From the IMG/VR virus record IMGVR_UViG_2548876945_000011, positions 1 to 41,326 of that record: DNA of 41,326 bases; one strand, written 5' to 3'. Of the stretch, positions 36,349 through 41,326 are shown piece after piece; position 1 is the stretch's first letter, and the number at the start of each line of letters is the position of its first letter. Made by a program: the position numbers and the translations under genes. The stretch is from a virus. Its lineage: Duplodnaviria; Heunggongvirae; Uroviricota; Caudoviricetes. The notes beneath the pieces are model-generated. The model had not been told where the DNA came from and did not search any database. It saw only the letters and a list, made by a program, of their open reading frames with translations.

Positions 36349-37025
36349 GCAAATACACCGAACTAATCACGAACTACCACGCCACCAAACCTAAATTTCT
36401 TGCACATGTTGATCTGATGACCCGGCCGCTTATTGATGTTGCGGCTGCCACCAGAGGGCTGATTACTGCATTTGATATTGACTCTGCGGTTGGTGTGCAA
36501 CTTGACATTCTGGGATTGTGGATCGGACGTAGCCGTGTTGTCAGCCAGCCTATTTCAGGTGTCTATTTCAGCTGGGATACCGACGGGCTTGGATATGATC
36601 AGGGTGTATGGCAGGGGCCATACGATCCTGATTCCGGATACATGTACCTCAGCGATGAAACTTATCGTGTCATCCTTAAAGCGAAGATTGCGATTAATAA
36701 CTGGGACGGACGGAATGATTCGCTTCCGGCAATTCTTGACGCGGCAACAGCAGGATCCGGACTGCGAATGCAGATAGTCGATAACCAGGACATGACGATA
36801 TCGGTCTGGGTCTTTCCTGATACTGATATTTCAGATGTATCGCGTGAGTTAATTGCGGCAATTAAACAGGGGTATCTCACAGTAAAAGCCGCCGGGGTAT
36901 GGGCGGGTGGCATTGAAACACCTTCGGTGGAAACCCCATCGGAAGGCTCAAAATTTTTTGGTTTTGATATGGATAACGAATTCATCAGTGGTTTTGATGT
37001 AGGAGCATGGGGAGTATTACTCTGA
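36345..37025 (+). CDS. Baseplate/tail protein (gpI-like)
   Basis: 226-aa ORF immediately upstream of the tail fiber gene, joined to it by an ATGA overlap. Confidence 0.5.
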   Translation: MSKYTELITNYHATKPKFLAHVDLMTRPLIDVAAATRGLITAFDIDSAVGVQLDILGLWIGRSRVVSQPISGVYFSWDTDGLGYDQGVWQGPYDPDSGYMYLSDETYRVILKAKIAINNWDGRNDSLPAILDAATAGSGLRMQIVDNQDMTISVWVFPDTDISDVSRELIAAIKQGYLTVKAAGVWAGGIETPSVETPSEGSKFFGFDMDNEFISGFDVGAWGVLL

Positions 37026-37834
37026 TGGCGAAAAATGACTTTAAAGCGTTTGCAACGGATCGAAATGCCAATGTTATATCGCAGGAGGAATGGGAAGCGT
37101 TGCCCGCGCTTTTATCTGGATTTACAGCAGGGAAAGCCTCCAGTGCGCAAGTCAATAAGGTTATTCGGCAGGCCAGCTTTATTGCTGCAGCTCTGGCCCA
37201 GTTTGTAAGTGATAAAACGCAACGGGATGTGCTTGATAATGGTGATCTGCCCGGTTTTGTTGAATTGCTGGGATCGGGGTTTGCTGTTGAATACCTGAGC
37301 CGCAAGAATCCGTTTGGTGATATCAAATCGGATGGCACGGTGAAAACGGCTCTCGAAAACCTTGGTTTGGGAGAAGGCTCTGCATTACCGGTTGGTGTGC
37401 CTGTTCCGTGGCCTTCAGCCACTCCGCCAACGGGGTGGCTAAAATGTAACGGAGCAGTATTTTCTTCTGAAAAGTACCCAAATCTGGCAAAGGCTTACCC
37501 AACATTAAAATTACCAGATTTACGCGGTGAATTTATTCGTGGCTGGGATGATGGGCGCGGGATTGACTCTGGTCGTAACTTATTATCTGCACAGAATGAT
37601 GCAATTCAGAATATTGTTGGTTCTTTTGGGCGTACCCAGCTTTTTAGAGACGTACTTAGTTCAGGGCCATTTAGTCAACATGGGCAAGTATTATCTACAG
37701 GTCTAAAGGAAGCCGAAATTATTGATGGTTATGGCGCTTATAACTGGACATTCGACGCATCTCGCTCAGTTCGCACAGCATCTGAAACCCGCTCCCGTAA
37801 CATCGCCTTTAATTATATTGTGAGGGCTGCATGA
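37025..37834 (+). CDS. Tail fiber protein (constant N-terminus plus invertible C-terminal collar domain)
   Basis: Tail-collar-like motif PVGVPVPWP...LPDLRGEFIRGWDDGRGIDSGR; the crossover site at 37350-37375 lies inside the ORF. Confidence 0.7.
   Translation: MAKNDFKAFATDRNANVISQEEWEALPALLSGFTAGKASSAQVNKVIRQASFIAAALAQFVSDKTQRDVLDNGDLPGFVELLGSGFAVEYLSRKNPFGDIKSDGTVKTALENLGLGEGSALPVGVPVPWPSATPPTGWLKCNGAVFSSEKYPNLAKAYPTLKLPDLRGEFIRGWDDGRGIDSGRNLLSAQNDAIQNIVGSFGRTQLFRDVLSSGPFSQHGQVLSTGLKEAEIIDGYGAYNWTFDASRSVRTASETRSRNIAFNYIVRAA
37350..37375. repeat. Left crossover site of the invertible segment (hix/gix-like)
   Basis: CTCTCGAAAACCTTGGTTTGGGAGAA fits the Hin/Gin-family consensus TTnTnnnAAACCnnGGTTTnnnAnAA; its right 14 bp are a perfect inverted copy of 39295-39308. 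Confidence 0.65.
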
Positions 37835-38436
37835 TAAGTAAAGCTGTATTAAATAATGAACTCATCGCCACAAAGGCCGGAGACATTACCGTTTATAATT
37901 ATGATGGTGAAACACGGGAATATATTTCCACATCAACTGAATATCTTGCTGTGGGTGTCGGTATCCCGGCATGTTCCTGTTTAGATGCTCCTGGCTCATA
38001 TAAAGCTGGTTATGCAATTTGCCGTTCTGCAGATTTTAACTCATGGGAATATGTGCCAGACCATCGCGGTGAAGTTGTCTATAGTACCGAAACGGGAGAT
38101 ACCAAAGAAATCGCAGTTCCGGGTGATTATCCTGAAAATACAACCACTATCGCCCCGTTAACGCCATACGATGAATGGGATGGTGAGAAATGGGTGACCG
38201 ATACTGAAGCACAGCATAGCGCCGCAGTAGGCGCGGCAGAAGCACAGCGTCAGTCACTGATTGATACTGCAATGGCTTCCATTAGTCTGATTCAACTGAA
38301 ATTGCAGGCCGGGCGGAAGCTGACGCAGACAGAAAACACCCGACTTAACGCTGTGCTGGATTACATTGACGCGGTGACTGCAACAGATACCAGCACCGCG
38401 CCGGATGTCATCTGGCCTGAACTACCGGAGGCGTAG
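37831..38436 (+). CDS. Tail fiber assembly protein
   Basis: 201 aa with C-terminal ...APDVIWPELP motif typical of Tfa proteins; follows the fiber gene. Confidence 0.7.
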   Translation: MISKAVLNNELIATKAGDITVYNYDGETREYISTSTEYLAVGVGIPACSCLDAPGSYKAGYAICRSADFNSWEYVPDHRGEVVYSTETGDTKEIAVPGDYPENTTTIAPLTPYDEWDGEKWVTDTEAQHSAAVGAAEAQRQSLIDTAMASISLIQLKLQAGRKLTQTENTRLNAVLDYIDAVTATDTSTAPDVIWPELPEA

Positions 38437-38851
38437 GCCATTCAATATCTGGAGCACTGGAGGTATCAACCAGTTCCAGTGCGTCCAGATAATCCAGCCA
38501 TAAATTATATTGTTCCAGCTCGTAACCTTTCAGACGACCAATAGCAGCTTTGCCAGGCCACTGATGGGTATTGATGTAGTTATTGACTTCTGAAACCAAA
38601 GATATCTTTTTCATTTCAGCCGCCAGCATCTCATCCTCTTTTGAAGGCGGCGGGGAATTAATCCATATTGGCCGTCCTGAACTGTCAGCGCCAATTTCTT
38701 TCCCTTCTGGATGCAGCCCAAGAAATTGCTCATATGTTTCTCTGGTAATTTCAATAACATCATCAGGAAGCGTTCCCGCATCCTCATATTCTGGAAACAA
38801 TTCTTGCAGATAAAAACTTTTACTTGCGGGTGAAAAGAATACTGAGTTCAT
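38408..38851 (-). CDS. Alternative tail fiber assembly protein (inverted orientation)
   Basis: 147 aa on the opposite strand with C-terminal ...APDIEWPTPP motif; convergent with the first tfa. Confidence 0.7.
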   Translation of the reverse strand: MNSVFFSPASKSFYLQELFPEYEDAGTLPDDVIEITRETYEQFLGLHPEGKEIGADSSGRPIWINSPPPSKEDEMLAAEMKKISLVSEVNNYINTHQWPGKAAIGRLKGYELEQYNLWLDYLDALELVDTSSAPDIEWPTPPVVQAR

Positions 38852-38853
38852 TC

Positions 38854-39348
38854 TTACCGTCCAATGATTAACGCTGAGACGCTGGTATCTGAAGGAAAGG
38901 CTGCATTCAGTGGTTTGTCGACTTTGAACACAATCGTATTATTCCCCCTGACAGCGGCAAAAGAACAAACCGCCGTCGCGTATGAACCTGTAATATTACT
39001 GGATACACCACCATAAGCTGTTGTTGATACCAGAGGGATAACGCCCAGCACCTTATTAGGAAATACAAAGGGCAATGTGGCTGTGGCAATATAAGACTTA
39101 TTAGAACCTGTAATGGCATAAGCATTATCAGTCATTCCATTCATCGCCACTGGACCGCTTATACTTACAGTAACCATCTGAATGATTAGCCCGTCAGGTT
39201 GACGAATCACAAAATTTCCATTGCCACCAGTAACCGTCCAGAAAGACATATCAGGGATTTGGTTTTCCCCGTTGCCCACATTTCGTTTTGCCGCTTCTCC
39301 CAAACCAACGTTTATGAAAATGCAGAAATAACGAGCAAATGGCATCAT
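38854..39348 (-). CDS. Alternative tail fiber C-terminal segment (expressed only after inversion)
   Basis: Minus-strand ORF whose N-terminal region encodes GLGE across the right crossover site, matching ENLGLGEG at the left site; lacks its own plausible start. Confidence 0.55.
   Translation of the reverse strand: MMPFARYFCIFINVGLGEAAKRNVGNGENQIPDMSFWTVTGGNGNFVIRQPDGLIIQMVTVSISGPVAMNGMTDNAYAITGSNKSYIATATLPFVFPNKVLGVIPLVSTTAYGGVSSNITGSYATAVCSFAAVRGNNTIVFKVDKPLNAAFPSDTSVSALIIGR
39295..39320. repeat. Right crossover site of the invertible segment
   Basis: TTCTCCCAAACCAACGTTTATGAAAA; inverted match to the left site with identical central dinucleotide after inversion. Confidence 0.65.
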
Positions 39349-39374
39349 TCCTGCTTTTGTCAGGGGGATCTACC

Positions 39375-39929
39375 ATGCTTATTGGCTATGTACGCGTATC
39401 AACAAATGACCAGAACACAGATCTACAACGTAATGCGCTGAACTGTGCAGGATGCGAGCTGATTTTTGAAGACAAGATAAGCGGCACAAAGTCCGAAAGG
39501 CCGGGACTGAAAAAACTGCTCAGGACATTATCGGCAGGTGACACTCTGGTTGTCTGGAAGCTGGATCGGCTGGGGCGTAGTATGCGGCATCTTGTCGTGC
39601 TGGTGGAGGAGTTGCGCGAACGAGGCATCAACTTTCGTAGTCTGACGGATTCAATTGATACCAGCACACCAATGGGACGCTTTTTCTTTCATGTGATGGG
39701 TGCCCTGGCTGAAATGGAGCGTGAACTGATTGTTGAACGAACAAAAGCTGGACTGGAAGCTGCTCGCGCACAGGGACGAATTGGTGGACGTCGCCCCAAA
39801 CTTACACCAGAACAATGGGCGCAGGCCGGGCGACTAATTGCATCAGGAGTTCCTCGCCAGAAGGTGGCGATCATTTATGATGTTGGCGTATCGACTTTGT
39901 ATAAGAAGTTTCCGGTCGGAGATAAATGA
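39375..39929 (+). CDS. pin: Serine DNA invertase (Pin/Gin/Hin/Cin family)
   Basis: 184 aa from MLIGYVRVSTNDQNTDLQRNAL... with catalytic-Ser N-terminus and C-terminal HTH; adjacent to the invertible segment. Confidence 0.85.
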   Translation: MLIGYVRVSTNDQNTDLQRNALNCAGCELIFEDKISGTKSERPGLKKLLRTLSAGDTLVVWKLDRLGRSMRHLVVLVEELRERGINFRSLTDSIDTSTPMGRFFFHVMGALAEMERELIVERTKAGLEAARAQGRIGGRRPKLTPEQWAQAGRLIASGVPRQKVAIIYDVGVSTLYKKFPVGDK

Positions 39930-40233
39930 AACCGTAGCACGTCGTATGCAAGAACGTGCCACGGCTGGCTGATGGACGTTCGATAGCGCGAGTTTGAATG
40001 AAAATCAGCCGGAGGTGATTTTACATAATTGTTGCGGAATCATTCAATATAGGGATTGCTTATTTCTGCCTGGATTGGTCTGAAATAGTCCCGAAATTTT
40101 CTCTAAAAAACTCGAAAAAAATGGTAACTAATTGAATGCATTAATATGCAATGGTACGTGTTTGGGATTAAAAGATGAGCGTAATTTTGCTTAACAAATT
40201 AATTTAAAAAGGGTTTCTTGTTTGTTGACGAAA

Positions 40234-40253
40234 ACAGGAATCGTGTTCGGTCT
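40234..40253. repeat. attR core (ACAGGAATCGTGTTCGGTCT)
   Basis: 19/20 match to the attL core at 578-597, with weaker flanking similarity; 140 bp upstream of pphA. Confidence 0.6.
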
Positions 40254-40393
40254 CTTTTTATCTGTTAAAAGCCAGAAGCATTTCCTTCGCTGACTTTATA
40301 GTCAACCATAACACACACTCTACTGTCTGAGTCCAGCGTTTTTTAACATTCTTGTTAAGATTATGTGATCTTTAGCGCGGGAGGAAAATATTG

Positions 40394-41050
40394 ATGAAAC
40401 AGCCTGCGCCCGTTTATCAGAGAATTGCGGGTCATCAATGGCGACATATCTGGCTTTCTGGCGATATACACGGTTGTCTTGAGCAGTTGCGCCGCAAATT
40501 ATGGCATTGTCGTTTTGATCCGTGGCGAGATTTACTTATCTCAGTGGGAGACGTTATCGATCGTGGGCCGCAAAGTTTACGTTGTCTGCAGTTACTGGAA
40601 CAACATTGGGTTTGTGCGGTAAGAGGCAATCATGAACAGATGGCGATGGATGCGCTGGCATCCCAGCAGATGTCTTTGTGGTTGATGAATGGCGGCGACT
40701 GGTTTATTGCGCTGGCAGATAATCAACAGAAACAAGCGAAAACGGCGCTGGAAAAATGTCAGCATTTGCCCTTTATTCTTGAAGTACACAGTCGCACCGG
40801 CAAGCATGTTATTGCTCATGCCGATTATCCAGATGATGTTTATGAATGGCAAAAGGACGTTGATTTGCATCAGGTCTTGTGGAGCCGCTCGCGATTAGGT
40901 GAACGCCAAAAAGGGCAGGGAATTACAGGTGCTGATCATTTCTGGTTTGGTCATACACCGTTGCGACATCGCGTGGATATTGGCAACCTGCATTATATTG
41001 ATACCGGTGCTGTCTTTGGGGGCGAACTGACTCTTGTGCAATTGCAATAA
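40394..41050 (+). CDS. pphA: Serine/threonine protein phosphatase 1 (host gene)
   Basis: 218 aa with metallophosphatase motifs (GDIHGC, GDVIDRG, GNHE); matches my memory of E. coli PphA; GGGAGGAAAAT RBS. Confidence 0.85.
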   Translation: MKQPAPVYQRIAGHQWRHIWLSGDIHGCLEQLRRKLWHCRFDPWRDLLISVGDVIDRGPQSLRCLQLLEQHWVCAVRGNHEQMAMDALASQQMSLWLMNGGDWFIALADNQQKQAKTALEKCQHLPFILEVHSRTGKHVIAHADYPDDVYEWQKDVDLHQVLWSRSRLGERQKGQGITGADHFWFGHTPLRHRVDIGNLHYIDTGAVFGGELTLVQLQ

Positions 41051-41242
41051 TTAAAAATCACCGTACTCCTGTGCAGGTCGCCAGAAACCATCTATAAAAT
41101 CCTCAATCGGAAAACAACCGCCCTGGCGGATCCGTTGATCGCTCATAGAATAAAGACACTGCTGTTCCGTGTTGTAGACATCCACAACAATATCTTCACA
41201 ACCGCCATCCAGGTAGCAAACAAAAAGTACCAGCGCGAACAT
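41051..41242 (-). CDS. yebW: YebW-like small protein (host gene)
   Basis: 63-aa product from MFALVLFVCYLDGG..., the length of K-12 YebW; convergent with pphA; the tracked ORF extends upstream to the window edge. Confidence 0.55.
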   Translation of the reverse strand: MFALVLFVCYLDGGCEDIVVDVYNTEQQCLYSMSDQRIRQGGCFPIEDFIDGFWRPAQEYGDF

Positions 41243-41326
41243 TTCATCCCCGAAGTGTGGTGCCGTACCGTTAAGTTTAGGAGAGATTTTACAACGGGGG
41301 AATAACCAGGACAAATAACCCGCCAT

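Larger units (their letters stand above)
37350..39320. mobile_element. Invertible tail-fiber segment (about 2 kb, Pin-controlled)
   Basis: Bounded by inverted crossover sites; contains the fiber C-terminus plus tfa on one strand and an alternative fiber C-terminus plus tfa on the other; invertase gene adjacent. Confidence 0.65.
578..40253. mobile_element. Integrated mosaic prophage, about 39.7 kb (Rac-like early region, lambda-like lysis, Mu/e14-like head and contractile tail)
   Basis: Bounded by the att direct repeats; int/xis at the left end and Pin invertase at the right end; complete phage gene order between the host genes yebY and pphA. Confidence 0.85.

Noticed and set aside
40425-40898. 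Short ORFs on both strands inside pphA
   Set aside because: Embedded in a well-supported conserved host gene; no independent signals.
1-41326. Search for tRNA genes and CRISPR arrays
   Set aside because: No T-loop-like GGTTCGAnTCC motifs with a cloverleaf context and no regularly spaced direct repeats with unique spacers. The att site lies in an sRNA terminator, not a tRNA gene.

Overview
This window is an Escherichia coli-type chromosomal segment (yebY ... pphA, yebW) interrupted by a ~39.7 kb mosaic prophage. The prophage sits at the 3' end of what I read as the SdsR/RyeB sRNA gene and is bounded by 20-bp att cores at 578-597 and 40234-40253 (19/20 identical). Left to right it carries: a lambda-like int/xis; a Rac-like early-left operon (ralR, recT, recE, racC, ydaE, kilR); an immunity region in which a short HTH repressor is co-operonic with a ParD/ParE-type toxin-antitoxin pair (PaaR-PaaA-ParE-like) opposite Cro/CII-like ydaS/ydaT; an O-like replication initiator with internal iterons and a truncated DnaC-like loader; a nin-like region with two small acidic proteins and a complete hok/sok locus; a Q-like antiterminator with a late promoter and terminator; a lambda-like lysis cassette (S, R, Rz/Rz1); and a Mu/e14-like head and contractile-tail module that ends in a Pin-invertible tail-fiber segment. 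No single undescribed system can be proven from sequence alone. The best candidates for uncharacterised accessory functions are three cargo insertions: an AT-rich convergent two-gene cassette between the late promoter and the holin (15388-16087), a secreted protein plus a promoter/terminator-bracketed small membrane protein inside the baseplate operon (33270-34024), and the tandem acidic proteins at 11877-12228. All family assignments are from reading the translations and from memory of known families; nothing was searched. Coordinates of non-ORF features are approximate to within 1-2 nt.
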